64,000 nt of DNA from Gammaproteobacteria bacterium (GTDB lineage Bacteria > Pseudomonadota > Gammaproteobacteria > GCA-001735895): assembly GCA_024763505.1 (NCBI GenBank), contig JANTFI010000002.1, positions 9,990 to 73,989 on the forward strand, in the 5' to 3' direction. A program made the position numbers and the translations under genes. The number at the start of each line of letters is the position of its first letter. Position 1 is the first letter of the stretch. Positions 41,561-51,827 of this stretch are shown piece after piece. The notes beneath the pieces were generated by a model. It was not told the DNA's origin, did not search any database, and saw only the letters and a program-made list of their open reading frames with translations.

Positions 41561-42904
41561 ATGCTGGAAAAAGTTGTTATCGCCAATCGTGGCGAAATTG
41601 CCTTGCGTATCTTGCGAGCCTGCCGAGAAATGGGCATCAAGACCGTCGCCGTGCATTCCACTGCCGACCGCGATCTCAAACATGTGCGGCTGGCGGATGA
41701 ATCCGTCTGCATCGGCCCGCCATCCTCGATGGACAGTTACCTCAACATCCCGCAGATCATTTGTGCCGCCGAAGTCACCAATGCTTCGGCGATACACCCG
41801 GGCTATGGATTTCTATCGGAAAATGCCGAATTTGCCGAACAGGTCGAATCCAGCGGTTTCAAATTCATCGGCCCCAGTGCCCACTCGATTCGCACCATGG
41901 GAGACAAGGTCGCCGCAATCAAGGCCATGAAAAAAGCCAATGTGCCCACCGTACCTGGTTCGGATGGCCCATTGGGCAATGATCCGGAGCGCAATCTGGA
42001 AATGGCCCGCGAAATCGGCTACCCGGTCATCATCAAGGCAGCCGGTGGTGGTGGCGGACGCGGAATGCGCGTAGTCAACGCCGAAGGCAGCCTGTTGAAC
42101 TCAATTCAATTGACCAAAACCGAAGCCGGTGCAGCCTTCAATAACGATGTGGTTTACATGGAAAAATTTCTGGAAAACCCGCGTCATATCGAAATCCAGG
42201 TACTTTCCGATGCGCATGGCAATGCCATCCACCTCGCCGAACGAGACTGTTCGATGCAACGCAAACACCAGAAAGTTGTCGAAGAAGCGCCGGCACCCGG
42301 CATCACCGAAGAACAGCGCGCGTTTATCGGCGAGCGTTGCGCACAAGCCTGCGTCGACCTCGGTTACGAAGGCGCCGGCACCTTCGAATTTCTGTATGAA
42401 AATGGTGAATTTTATTTCATCGAAATGAATACCCGAGTGCAGGTGGAACACCCGGTCACGGAAATGATCACCGATGTCGATATTATCCGCGAACAGCTTT
42501 CGATTGCCGCTGGCAGCGTGTTGAAATACAAGCAGGAAGACATCATCGTACGAGGCCATGCCATCGAATGCCGTCTGAATGCCGAGGATGCCAAAACCTT
42601 CATGCCTTCCCCCGGCAAAATCACCATGTTTCATGCACCCGGCGGTCCCGGTGTGCGCGTCGATACCCACATTTACAATGGCTATGTGGTGCCACCCTAC
42701 TACGATTCGATGATTGGCAAACTGATCACCTACAGCGATACTCGCGAATCCGCCATCGCCCGCATGCAGGGTGCCTTGTCGGAAATCATCATCGATGGCA
42801 TCAAAACCAATATCGACCTGCAGCGGGACATCATCAGTGATGGCAACTTCGCCGCCGGTGGCACGAATATCCATTATCTGGAAAAGAAACTCGGCATTCA
42901 CTAA
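41561..42904 (+). CDS. accC: acetyl-CoA carboxylase biotin carboxylase subunit
   Basis: 447 aa canonical ATP-grasp biotin carboxylase. Confidence 0.95.
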   Translation: MLEKVVIANRGEIALRILRACREMGIKTVAVHSTADRDLKHVRLADESVCIGPPSSMDSYLNIPQIICAAEVTNASAIHPGYGFLSENAEFAEQVESSGFKFIGPSAHSIRTMGDKVAAIKAMKKANVPTVPGSDGPLGNDPERNLEMAREIGYPVIIKAAGGGGGRGMRVVNAEGSLLNSIQLTKTEAGAAFNNDVVYMEKFLENPRHIEIQVLSDAHGNAIHLAERDCSMQRKHQKVVEEAPAPGITEEQRAFIGERCAQACVDLGYEGAGTFEFLYENGEFYFIEMNTRVQVEHPVTEMITDVDIIREQLSIAAGSVLKYKQEDIIVRGHAIECRLNAEDAKTFMPSPGKITMFHAPGGPGVRVDTHIYNGYVVPPYYDSMIGKLITYSDTRESAIARMQGALSEIIIDGIKTNIDLQRDIISDGNFAAGGTNIHYLEKKLGIH

Positions 42905-42945
42905 GTGGCTGCCTGTCGTAAATTATCGCAACCGGTCCTGCACTG

Positions 42946-43833
42946 ATGTCGTGGTGGCAACTGACCCTCGAGTGTACCCCGGCCGAAATCGAAGCCACTG
43001 AAGATATTCTGCTGGAACTGGGCGCACTCAGCCTGACGCTTGGCGATGCACATGATGAACCGATCTATGAACCGCCCCCTGGCGAAACGCCGTTCTGGTC
43101 CACCACCACATTGACCGGCCTGTTCGAACAAACCCGAAATATAGAAGATTTATACGATGATCTGGTGCGCCGATTGCCGGCCCATCAAATCGCCAGCATC
43201 CGCAAACAGCAACTCGAAAACCAACATTGGGAACGCGCCTTTCTCGACCAGTTTCAACCGATTGCTTTCGGCAATAGCCTGTGGATTTGTCCCAGCTGGC
43301 ACCAACCCCCTGACCCCACTGCCTGCAATATCATTCTCGACCCCGGCATCGCCTTTGGCACCGGCACGCATCCCACCACCGCACTGTGCCTGCAATTTCT
43401 GGCACAACATCCACCGCTCGGACAAAGCGTGCTCGATTTCGGCTGTGGCTCGGGCATACTCGCCATCGCCGCCTTCAAGCTCGGGGCAAGCTCGGTTCGC
43501 TGCACCGACATAGATCCACAGGCGCTGCTTGCGACCGAAGAAAATGCAAGACGCAATGCCATCGACCCCGCCGACCTGCACATCACCCTGCCCGAAGCCA
43601 TGCAAACCGAAGCGGTGGATTACCTGCTCGCCAATATTCTGTCCGGGCCGCTGGTCGAACTCGAGCCGCAACTGGCTGCATTGACAAAGCCGGGTGGACA
43701 ACTGGTATTATCCGGCATTCTGCCGCAACAGGCCGAGTCTGTAGTGCAAGCCTATGCTCGCGATTTTGATCTGGATGCGGTCACCGAAGAAGACGGCTGG
43801 TGCCGCATTAGCGGTAAGCGCAAACACAGTTGA
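42946..43833 (+). CDS. prmA: ribosomal protein L11 methyltransferase
   Basis: 295 aa. SAM-binding motif VLDFGCGSGILAIAA. Conserved position after accC. Confidence 0.9.
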   Translation: MSWWQLTLECTPAEIEATEDILLELGALSLTLGDAHDEPIYEPPPGETPFWSTTTLTGLFEQTRNIEDLYDDLVRRLPAHQIASIRKQQLENQHWERAFLDQFQPIAFGNSLWICPSWHQPPDPTACNIILDPGIAFGTGTHPTTALCLQFLAQHPPLGQSVLDFGCGSGILAIAAFKLGASSVRCTDIDPQALLATEENARRNAIDPADLHITLPEAMQTEAVDYLLANILSGPLVELEPQLAALTKPGGQLVLSGILPQQAESVVQAYARDFDLDAVTEEDGWCRISGKRKHS

Positions 43834-44651
43834 CGACTACAATGAGTAACCGGGTACAACTGAATGACACCATGCAAACTACCTGCCCGAATTGCGGCAG
43901 TGTATTTCGTGTCACTTCCGCCGAACTGGAGAGCGGTTTTGGACGGGTACGCTGTGGCGTTTGCCAAAAAGAATTCAATGCTCTTCTTAACCTGGAAAAT
44001 TACCACGGCGAACCGGTCGAGCTGTTACCCGATACCCCTCCTCCCGAGACAGCGCCCGACGACAGCTCTCACGAATCGCCAACCGATTCGCTATCGACCC
44101 GAACAGATACATCCTCAGGCGACGCGGGTGAATCGGTCTCGCTGCATCAAGCCATGTATGGAGACGGCCACAAAAGCCCGACCAATCTGAAACCGTTGCT
44201 GTGGTTCGTTGGCATTTTGATTTTATTGATTCTGGCAATTGTTCAAGTCATTTATTATCAGCGGTATGCACTGATTTCTTCTGTGCATTACCAACCGCAA
44301 ATCCTCAGCCTGTGCCAGATTCTGCCCTGTGATGAGAAAAAGTTTTTCAATGCTTCCCAGTTTCGCCTGCTGGAAAGAAATATCTTCACCCATCCGACCC
44401 GGCCCGACGCGCTGATGGTGAGTGGTTCATTTGTCAATCAGGCACCCTTTTCACAGCCGTTGCCCCGTTTATTGATCAGCCTGTCCGACCAGTCGGGAAA
44501 CTTCATCGCCAGCCGCCTGTTCGAGCCGGAGCAATATCTGGCGGACCCATCGATCAGCCGGCTAGCACCCGGAAAATCTGTACCGTTTCGGCTCGAATTA
44601 AAAGACCCGGGTAATACCGCACTGGCCTACGAATTCGAGTTTTTCCGATGA
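43830..44651 (+). CDS. DUF3426 domain protein with N-terminal MJ0042-type zinc ribbon
   Basis: CPNCGSVFRV...CGVCQKEF zinc ribbon, central TM helix, C-terminal DUF3426-like domain. Sits between prmA and dusB exactly as in Pseudomonas. Confidence 0.6.
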   Translation: MTTTMSNRVQLNDTMQTTCPNCGSVFRVTSAELESGFGRVRCGVCQKEFNALLNLENYHGEPVELLPDTPPPETAPDDSSHESPTDSLSTRTDTSSGDAGESVSLHQAMYGDGHKSPTNLKPLLWFVGILILLILAIVQVIYYQRYALISSVHYQPQILSLCQILPCDEKKFFNASQFRLLERNIFTHPTRPDALMVSGSFVNQAPFSQPLPRLLISLSDQSGNFIASRLFEPEQYLADPSISRLAPGKSVPFRLELKDPGNTALAYEFEFFR

Positions 44652-45646
44652 CTTTCCGGATTGGCCCCTACCAGTTTGACAGCCCGCTGGCACTGGCACC
44701 GATGGCCGGCGTCACCGATCGGCCGTTTCGCCAGATGTGTCGGGAACACGGCGCCAGCATGACGGTATCGGAAATGGTCAACAGCAAGGCCGAGTTGCGC
44801 AACACCCGAAAATCGATGTTGCGCACCGACCATCAGGGTGAACCGGAACCGGTGATCGTACAAATCGCCGGGGCAGATCCGCAAACCATGGCCGATGCAG
44901 CCCGCTACAATGTCGATCTCGGCGCCCAGATCATCGATATCAACATGGGCTGTCCGGCCAAAAAGGTTTGCTGCCTAGCGGCAGGTTCGGCACTGCTGCA
45001 GGACGAACAACAGGTCGGTCGTATCCTCGAAGCCGTGGTTGCGGCCGTCGATGTGCCGGTAACATTGAAAACCCGCACCGGGTGGGCGCGCCAGCACAAA
45101 AATATTGCTCGTATTGCAGGCATTGCCGAGCAAAGCGGCATTGCTGCACTCACCGTGCACGGCCGCAGCCGGGAAGATAAATTTCTCGGTCAGGCAGAAT
45201 TTGACAGCCTGCGTATGCTGAAAGACATTGTATCCATCCCGTTGATCGCCAATGGCGATATTGACTCGGAAAAAAAGGCACGAACGGTCATGGACTTCAG
45301 CGGCGCGGATGCTATTATGGTCGGCCGCGCTGCGCAGAAAAGACCGTGGATTTTCCAGCATATTCGTCATTATCTGGAAACCGGCCAGCAACTGCAGCAA
45401 CCCGGGCTGATAACAAGAAAATCCGTGCTGCTCAAACACCTGAACAACCTGTATCAATTTTATGGTGAATTTCAGGGATTGAGAGTGGCACGAAAGCATA
45501 TCAACTGGCAGATGGGCGACGAACCGGTATACCGGCAATATATCCGGCCACAAATCATGGCTGCAGAATCCACCCGCCAGCAGACAACTTTGATTCATCA
45601 ATGTTTTGATCGAATAAGCGACAGTCAATTGGCCGCAGTCAGTTAA
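44648..45646 (+). CDS. dusB: tRNA-dihydrouridine synthase B
   Basis: TIM-barrel Dus family (LAPMAGVTD, catalytic Cys region NMGCPAKKV). Upstream of fis. Confidence 0.9.
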   Translation: MTFRIGPYQFDSPLALAPMAGVTDRPFRQMCREHGASMTVSEMVNSKAELRNTRKSMLRTDHQGEPEPVIVQIAGADPQTMADAARYNVDLGAQIIDINMGCPAKKVCCLAAGSALLQDEQQVGRILEAVVAAVDVPVTLKTRTGWARQHKNIARIAGIAEQSGIAALTVHGRSREDKFLGQAEFDSLRMLKDIVSIPLIANGDIDSEKKARTVMDFSGADAIMVGRAAQKRPWIFQHIRHYLETGQQLQQPGLITRKSVLLKHLNNLYQFYGEFQGLRVARKHINWQMGDEPVYRQYIRPQIMAAESTRQQTTLIHQCFDRISDSQLAAVS

Positions 45647-45813
45647 CCGTCAACACAAAACACTGGATGGAACTCACAGAGTACAGGCATTTGTTTTAGT
45701 TGCTTGCCCACTTTTTCAGCGGTGCATCGGTAAAGCAAATATCTGTGTTTTTACGGTTCCTCGATACGGCCTGAATCAGTACAGGCCACCTTGAGAGCAG
45801 GATTCCGGCGGGT

Positions 45814-46110
45814 ATGGGCAATGCGCGAGCTCCGGAAAAGAAAAGAGAACATAACTTGAAAAGCGACACTCACAATAAAAATTCGACGTTGCAGCAATCG
45901 GTTATTTCCGCATTAACGCAATACATTGCCGATCTGGATGGCGAGGTTCCCTGTAACCTGTATGACAAAGTCATAGGTGAAGTCGAAAAACCCTTGTTCG
46001 ATACCGTAATGAATCATTGCGACCATAATCAATCCAAAGCCGCCAGTTGTCTCGGCATCAACCGGGGTACACTGAGAAAAAAGCTCAAGCAGTATCAGAT
46101 TATTCCCTGA
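45814..46110 (+). CDS. fis: DNA-binding protein Fis
   Basis: 98 aa. C-terminal HTH GNQSKAASCLGINRGTLRKKLKQY matches the Fis signature. Part of a dusB-fis operon. Confidence 0.85.
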   Translation: MGNARAPEKKREHNLKSDTHNKNSTLQQSVISALTQYIADLDGEVPCNLYDKVIGEVEKPLFDTVMNHCDHNQSKAASCLGINRGTLRKKLKQYQIIP

Positions 46111-46209
46111 CGCCGAGGCTTGCCGGCTGTCCTGAATATTTCGTCTGTCTTCTTCATGTTAAACAGTGCTTCCTCTATAATGCGCTGTTTTTATCTGATG
46201 GACGAACCC

Positions 46210-47775
46210 ATGACCGACGCCCCCGCTATTCGTCGCGCCCTGCTGAGCGTATCCGACAAATCCGGCATTCTCGATCTCGCCCGCACCCTGCACCAACAGG
46301 GCGTAGAGTTGCTGTCAACCGGCGGCACCGCCAAAATGATCGCCGAGGATGGCATCCCGGTCACCGAAATTGCACAGTACACCGGCTTCCCCGAAATGAT
46401 GGATGGCCGGGTCAAGACCCTGCATCCCAGGGTGCATGGTGGCTTGCTCGGACGCAGCGGCACCGATGACGAGGTAATGGCTGAACATGAAATCCTGCCA
46501 ATTGACCTGGTCGTCATCAACCTGTACCCGTTCCAACAAACCGTCGCCAATCCGGACTGCACACTGCAGGACGCCATCGAGAATATCGATATCGGCGGCC
46601 CGGCCATGCTCCGCTCTGCTGCCAAAAACAATGCCCGCGTCACGGTGGTGGTCGACCCGCTCGATTACGCCACCGTCTTGCAGGAAATCGCCGAAAACAA
46701 TGGTGCCATCCGCGATGACATCCGCTTTTCGCTGGCAATCAAGGCGTTTGAGCATACCGCCAGCTACGATGGCGCGATCGCCAATTACTTCGGTCGCCTG
46801 GTGCAGCCCGAGCAAGATCGCCGCTTTCCACGCACCATCACTTTTCAATATCACCATAAACAAGGCATGCGCTATGGCGAAAACCCGCATCAAAATGCCG
46901 CGTTTTATGCCGAGAGCAATCTCAAGGAGCCCTGTATCGCAACCTCGGTACAACTCTCCGGCAAGGAACTGTCATTCAACAATATCGGCGACACCGACGC
47001 CGCGCTGGAATGCGTCAAGCAATTCGATGAACCGAGTTGTGTCATCGTTAAGCACGCCAACCCCTGCGGAGTTGCCACCACCGACAATATTCTGACTGCT
47101 TACGACCGTGCTTTCGCTACCGACCCGGAATCGGCCTTCGGTGGTATCATCGCATTCAACCGACCACTCGATGAACATACCGCGCAAGCCATCATCGACC
47201 GCCAGTTTGTCGAAGTGATTATCGCGCCGAGTGTAGATGACGGCGCCGCCGAAATCATCGCCAGCAAACCGAATGTCCGCCTGCTCGCCAGCGGACAATG
47301 GCAAGACCCGGAATATCGCCTCGACAGCAAACGCGTGAATGGCGGATTACTGGTGCAGGATGCCGATCTGGAACTGTACGACAGCCTCGAAGTGGTGACT
47401 GAAAAACAACCGGACGACGCGCAAATGCGTGATTTACTGTTCGGCTGGAAGGTCGCCAAATTCGTCAAGTCCAACGCCATTGTGTACACCCGGGACTGGA
47501 TGACCATCGGCGTCGGAGCCGGGCAAATGTCACGCATCAACAGCGCTCGCATCGCCGGTATCAAGGCCGAACACGCCGGGCTGGAAGTATCCGGTTCGGC
47601 GATGGCATCGGATGCCTTCTTCCCGTTTCGCGATGGTATCGATGCCGCTGCCAAAGCCGGCATCAGCGCGATCATCCAGCCCGGTGGCTCGATGCGCGAC
47701 CAGGAAGTGATCGATGCCGCCAACGAACACGGCATGTCGATGGTGTTCACCAAAATGCGTCATTTCCGACACTGA
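46210..47775 (+). CDS. purH: bifunctional AICAR transformylase / IMP cyclohydrolase
   Basis: MGS-like and AICARFT domains ([21 protein letters not shown]). Start at the ATG at 46210; the ORF track's upstream extension is unlikely to be real. Confidence 0.9.
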   Translation: MTDAPAIRRALLSVSDKSGILDLARTLHQQGVELLSTGGTAKMIAEDGIPVTEIAQYTGFPEMMDGRVKTLHPRVHGGLLGRSGTDDEVMAEHEILPIDLVVINLYPFQQTVANPDCTLQDAIENIDIGGPAMLRSAAKNNARVTVVVDPLDYATVLQEIAENNGAIRDDIRFSLAIKAFEHTASYDGAIANYFGRLVQPEQDRRFPRTITFQYHHKQGMRYGENPHQNAAFYAESNLKEPCIATSVQLSGKELSFNNIGDTDAALECVKQFDEPSCVIVKHANPCGVATTDNILTAYDRAFATDPESAFGGIIAFNRPLDEHTAQAIIDRQFVEVIIAPSVDDGAAEIIASKPNVRLLASGQWQDPEYRLDSKRVNGGLLVQDADLELYDSLEVVTEKQPDDAQMRDLLFGWKVAKFVKSNAIVYTRDWMTIGVGAGQMSRINSARIAGIKAEHAGLEVSGSAMASDAFFPFRDGIDAAAKAGISAIIQPGGSMRDQEVIDAANEHGMSMVFTKMRHFRH

Positions 47776-47790
47776 TCAGGCGAGGTTCCG

Positions 47791-49065
47791 ATGAAGGTTT
47801 TGATTATTGGCGGCGGTGGCCGTGAACATGCGCTGGCGTGGAAAGCGGCCCAGTCAGCCATGGTGTCGCAAGTCTTTGTCGCCCCCGGCAATGCCGGTAC
47901 CGCATTGGAGGACAAACTGACCAATGTCGATATCGCGGCGGACGATATTCAAACACTGTGTGATTTTGCACTCAGCGAGCAGATCGACCTGACCATAGTC
48001 GGGCCGGAGGCCCCGCTGGTCATCGGCGTGGTCGACCTGTTTCAGGGCAAGGGTTTGAAAATTTTCGGCCCCAGCCAGGCTGCGGCGCAACTGGAAGGTT
48101 CGAAAACCTTCACCAAGGATTTCCTGCAGCGTCATGCCATTCCGACCGCGGCTTTCCAGAGCTTTACCGAGATCGAACCCGCGATCGCCTATATCGAGGA
48201 AAAAGGCGCGCCGATCGTTATCAAGGCCGATGGGCTGGCAGCCGGCAAAGGGGTGATACTGGCGCAGGATAACGCACAGGCCATCGAAGCCGTGCGTGAC
48301 ATGCTGGCCGGTAATGCTTTCGGCGAAGCCGGACACCGCGTGGTGATCGAAGAGTTTCTGCACGGCGAAGAAGCCAGCTTTATCTGCATGGTCGATGGTG
48401 AACATATCTTGCCGATGGCCACTTCTCAGGATCACAAGGCACGCGACGACGGTGATCTCGGGCCCAACACCGGCGGCATGGGGGCTTACTCACCCGCGCC
48501 GATCGTGACCGATGAAATGGCGCAGCGGGTCATCGATGAAGTGATCCGTCCGACGGTGGATGGCATGACCGCGGAAGGCAAGCCCTACCACGGCTTTCTC
48601 TACGCTGGCCTGATGATCGCATCCGATGGAACGCCCAGAGTGCTGGAATACAATTGCCGCTTTGGCGACCCGGAAACCCAGCCCATCATGATGCGCTTGA
48701 AATCCGATCTGGTGGAGCATTGTCTGGCTGCCGTCGAAGGCAAACTGGATCAACAGATTACGATCTGGAATGACCGCGTGGCACTGGGCGTGGTAATGGC
48801 AGCAAGCGGCTATCCCGGTGCTTACCAGCAAGGAGAAGCCATCCGCAATATTCCCGCAGAAACTGATGAAGTTAAGGTTTTTCATGCCGGTACGCGGCTC
48901 GATTCAGCGGGTAATGTCGTCAGTCATGGCGGGCGTGTATTGTGCGTGGTCGCGCTCGGCGACAATGTCAAACAGGCGCAGCAAGCCGCCTATCAAGTCG
49001 TTCACAGCATCGATTGGCCCGGCGCTTATTTTCGCAACGATATCGGCTTCAAGGCAATACGTTGA
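47791..49065 (+). CDS. purD: phosphoribosylamine--glycine ligase
   Basis: 424 aa ATP-grasp GARS. Follows purH as in many gammaproteobacteria. Confidence 0.9.
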   Translation: MKVLIIGGGGREHALAWKAAQSAMVSQVFVAPGNAGTALEDKLTNVDIAADDIQTLCDFALSEQIDLTIVGPEAPLVIGVVDLFQGKGLKIFGPSQAAAQLEGSKTFTKDFLQRHAIPTAAFQSFTEIEPAIAYIEEKGAPIVIKADGLAAGKGVILAQDNAQAIEAVRDMLAGNAFGEAGHRVVIEEFLHGEEASFICMVDGEHILPMATSQDHKARDDGDLGPNTGGMGAYSPAPIVTDEMAQRVIDEVIRPTVDGMTAEGKPYHGFLYAGLMIASDGTPRVLEYNCRFGDPETQPIMMRLKSDLVEHCLAAVEGKLDQQITIWNDRVALGVVMAASGYPGAYQQGEAIRNIPAETDEVKVFHAGTRLDSAGNVVSHGGRVLCVVALGDNVKQAQQAAYQVVHSIDWPGAYFRNDIGFKAIR

Positions 49066-49235
49066 CCCCAAATCTGCTACCGATCGGGATCAAACCGAAA
49101 ACCGCTGGTCGGAAAAAATCAACAACAAACCGGCACCCTCAATTGACAGATTACTTTAAGCTGAGTACGCAAGTTTCTGTGTAACCAGTCATTTCAGATT
49201 TTGGCCCAACCGCGGGTTTTGCCCACCCAATCACT

Positions 49236-49274
49236 AGATATAGTAGCCACAAACTAAATATGCCTACTATATCT
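49236..49274. repeat. perfect 11-bp inverted repeat AGATATAGTAG-N17-CTACTATATCT
   Basis: Read directly from the sequence. Lies 83 bp upstream of the zinc-ribbon ORF at 49357. Candidate operator or RNA hairpin. Confidence 0.6.
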
Positions 49275-49356
49275 TGTTATCAAGCCAAATCTTCCTATAC
49301 TTTCCCAAACCCGATTCCGAGCACGAAACCAACCCGCAGCGAATGGAGGAAAAGCC

Positions 49357-49566
49357 ATGATTTGCCCGCATTGCCACTCAACCATGCATCTTGTCGAGTC
49401 ATCCCGTACCGAAAAAAGCCAGGTCTTTTTCTACCGCTGCAGTGTTTGTGTAGCGGAGCACGTCAGCTGTCGCTTATTGCAGAAAGCAGATACCGTTCAT
49501 CCATTTATTCAAATTTCTGCCGGATTAGAGCACTCATCGACAAAATATTTTCAAACCCTGTCCTAA
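49357..49566 (+). CDS. small YgiT-type zinc-ribbon protein (CPxCH...YRCSVC), hypothetical
   Basis: 69 aa. C-P-x-C-H then about 20 aa then C-x2-C, reminiscent of the N-terminal zinc ribbon of MqsA-like proteins but with no HTH domain. Confidence 0.35.
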   Translation: MICPHCHSTMHLVESSRTEKSQVFFYRCSVCVAEHVSCRLLQKADTVHPFIQISAGLEHSSTKYFQTLS

Positions 49567-49606
49567 ACTTCGGGTCGAACACAGAGAATGATCAGGGAGA
49601 ACAGAG

Positions 49607-49741
49607 ATGAGACAGCAACCTATCCGTAACCACAGAAAATCCTACACCCCGTTCAATCGACAGTTTGAGCGCCTACTGTATCTGCCCGGTGCATTGATTC
49701 TGGCTTATGGCCTGTGGCTGGCTTTGACGGTCAATTCCTGA
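49607..49741 (+). CDS. possible 44-aa single-TM small membrane protein (not in ORF track)
   Basis: ATG preceded by GGGAGA. Encodes MRQQPIRNHRKSYTPFNRQFERLLYLPGALILAYGLWLALTVNS with one hydrophobic helix. Its 3' end overlaps the convergent histidine kinase gene by 11 bp. Confidence 0.2.
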   Translation: MRQQPIRNHRKSYTPFNRQFERLLYLPGALILAYGLWLALTVNS

Positions 49742-51068
49742 AACACAGTTCGACCTTCAAACCACCCATCCAGGATTGTCCAAACTTCAGGTTGATGTCG
49801 TAAGCCTCGACAATTTCCTTGACTACTGCCAAACCAATCCCCTGCCCTTCACGGCTTTGATCCAGCCGCGCGCCGCGCGCCAGAATCTGCTCCAACTGTT
49901 CTTTATCCAGACCTTCACCATCGTCTTCAATCCACAGGCACATGAACTCATCTTCTATGCGACTGGTCAGTCGAACCCTGCTATTACCGTATTTGCAGGC
50001 GTTGTCAATCAGGTTACCGAGAATTTCCAGTAGATCACTTTCATCCAGCCGCAGTTGTCTTTTCCGCGTGGCCTTCAATGCCATTTCCAGTTCGATATCG
50101 CGATAGATCCTGCGCAGCGCATTGACGGTTTTTTCCACCAGCGGATTGAACGACTGCAATGGACTGATCGACTCCCCGCCGACAGTCGCCGCTTTTTGCA
50201 ATTGATAGGTAATGATTTGGTTCATGCGCTGGCTTTGTTCGTTGAGCGAAGCCAGGTCATCGGCACACAACTGATCTTTTTCACTAAAACCCTGCAGCAC
50301 CGCCAGCGGTGTTTTCAGGCTGTGAGCCAGGTCATCCAGCGCATGCCGGTAACGCTGCATTTGATGCTGCTCACGTTGCAATAACAGGTTAAGGTTTTGC
50401 GTCAAAGGCTGAATTTCGCTGGGATAATGCGCATCGAAGCGGTGCTGTCGGTTGTTTTCCAGCGCTTTCAATTCTTCACCGATCTGGCGCAAAGGACGCA
50501 GACTCCACAGCATCACCAGCCACATCAGCAATAGTAGCAGCGCGATGGTGACCAGCAACCAGAGCCAAAGGGTTTGACGGAAGGCCGAAAATTGAGCCTG
50601 AAAATCACCAGCATCCTTCCACAACACCAGCCGATAGAGACTGAGTTTGTCATGCACATTGGGCCAGCGTATCGAAAACGCCAGTTGAAACCAGCGCTTG
50701 CCGTCAAAGTTTTGCTGACTGAAACGTAATTGTTCCGGCTTTAGATCCTGCACTTGCGGAAAATCGAGCTCAGTCGAAAGTGAGCGCCAGATTTCGCCCT
50801 GCTGGTCATATAGTTGCGCGTACAGACCGGAATCCGGGGCAAACAATGCACTTTCAAACAAGCGCTCATCGGCAACGGTAATGCTCAAGCCACTGGCATC
50901 GCGGTCAACCGCAGCCAGCACGCTGTACATCAAGGCTGTCAGTTTGTCTTCTTCAGCCTGCAGCATACGAACCCGAATGGCACGCTCCAGCGCCACCGCA
51001 GTCAGCACCATGAAGCCGACCAGCACGATCAGGCTAGTCAGCATCAATCGGGATTTGATCGAATTCAT
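49731..51068 (-). CDS. two-component sensor histidine kinase (PhoQ-like periplasmic sensor)
   Basis: Two TM helices flanking a periplasmic domain of about 150 aa; HAMP; HisKA (HALDDLAHSLKTPL); HATPase_c (N, G1 and G2 boxes). Confidence 0.85.
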   Translation of the reverse strand: MNSIKSRLMLTSLIVLVGFMVLTAVALERAIRVRMLQAEEDKLTALMYSVLAAVDRDASGLSITVADERLFESALFAPDSGLYAQLYDQQGEIWRSLSTELDFPQVQDLKPEQLRFSQQNFDGKRWFQLAFSIRWPNVHDKLSLYRLVLWKDAGDFQAQFSAFRQTLWLWLLVTIALLLLLMWLVMLWSLRPLRQIGEELKALENNRQHRFDAHYPSEIQPLTQNLNLLLQREQHQMQRYRHALDDLAHSLKTPLAVLQGFSEKDQLCADDLASLNEQSQRMNQIITYQLQKAATVGGESISPLQSFNPLVEKTVNALRRIYRDIELEMALKATRKRQLRLDESDLLEILGNLIDNACKYGNSRVRLTSRIEDEFMCLWIEDDGEGLDKEQLEQILARGARLDQSREGQGIGLAVVKEIVEAYDINLKFGQSWMGGLKVELCFRN

Positions 51069-51113
51069 TTCGCCGGAAATCTACCTTTTTGTTGGCGGCT
51101 GGATCGCCTGAAT

Positions 51114-51800
51114 TCAAGCGGCTTTGTCGGCACCGAGATTGAACCGGTATCCGCGACCGCGCAGGGTTTCGATCGGCTGCAACTGATCGTCGGGATCGAG
51201 CTTCTGGCGCAATCGCCGGATGAAGACTTCGATCACATTGCTGTCGCGGTCACTTTCATCATCGTACAGATGTTCAGTCAACACGCTTTTCGACACCACT
51301 TCGCCGCTGTGCATCATCAGGTATTCGAGCACCTTGTATTCAAAAGCCGTCAATTCGACTTCGCTACCCTCGAGTGTGACGCGTTGACTGGAGGGGTCCA
51401 GCGATATCGGGCCGCATTGCAGGGTCGCGTCAGACCAGCCCGCCGCACGCCGGATCAACACGCGGATGCGCGCCATCAATTCTTCTTGATGAAACGGCTT
51501 GACCAGATAATCGTCGGCACCGGCATCCAGCCCCTCTACCTTGTCTTGCCAGCGTCCACGCGCGGTCAAAATCAGTACCGGCACATCCTTGCCTTCGGCG
51601 CGAATCTGGCGAATAACTTCCATGCCGGATTTTTTCGGTAAGCCGAGATCGACGATCGCGACATCGCAAGGATATTCTTGCAGCAGGTACAATCCGTCGA
51701 CACCGTCCAACGCGCTGTCGACCGCGAATCCTTCCTGCTTCAGTCGTTCGACGATCTGCCGGTTAATATCCGGATCATCTTCAATTACGATTGCTCTCAT
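51114..51800 (-). CDS. OmpR/PhoB-family response regulator (PhoP-like)
   Basis: Receiver domain (IVIEDD...DLGLP...LILTA...KP) plus a winged-helix DNA-binding domain. Confidence 0.9.
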   Translation of the reverse strand: MRAIVIEDDPDINRQIVERLKQEGFAVDSALDGVDGLYLLQEYPCDVAIVDLGLPKKSGMEVIRQIRAEGKDVPVLILTARGRWQDKVEGLDAGADDYLVKPFHQEELMARIRVLIRRAAGWSDATLQCGPISLDPSSQRVTLEGSEVELTAFEYKVLEYLMMHSGEVVSKSVLTEHLYDDESDRDSNVIEVFIRRLRQKLDPDDQLQPIETLRGRGYRFNLGADKAA

Positions 51801-51827
51801 GGTTTTTCCGAATCAATGATTGCGCTA

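Noticed and set aside
45647-45813. Possible small RNA or attenuator in the dusB-fis intergenic region
   Set aside because: No convincing stable stem-loop or terminator was found by eye. dusB-fis are normally co-transcribed, and the spacer is ordinary.
49260-49610. 116-aa ORF overlapping the inverted repeat and the zinc-ribbon ORF in another frame
   Set aside because: It is out of frame with the better-supported 69-aa zinc-ribbon ORF and has no RBS or motifs. It is treated as spurious.
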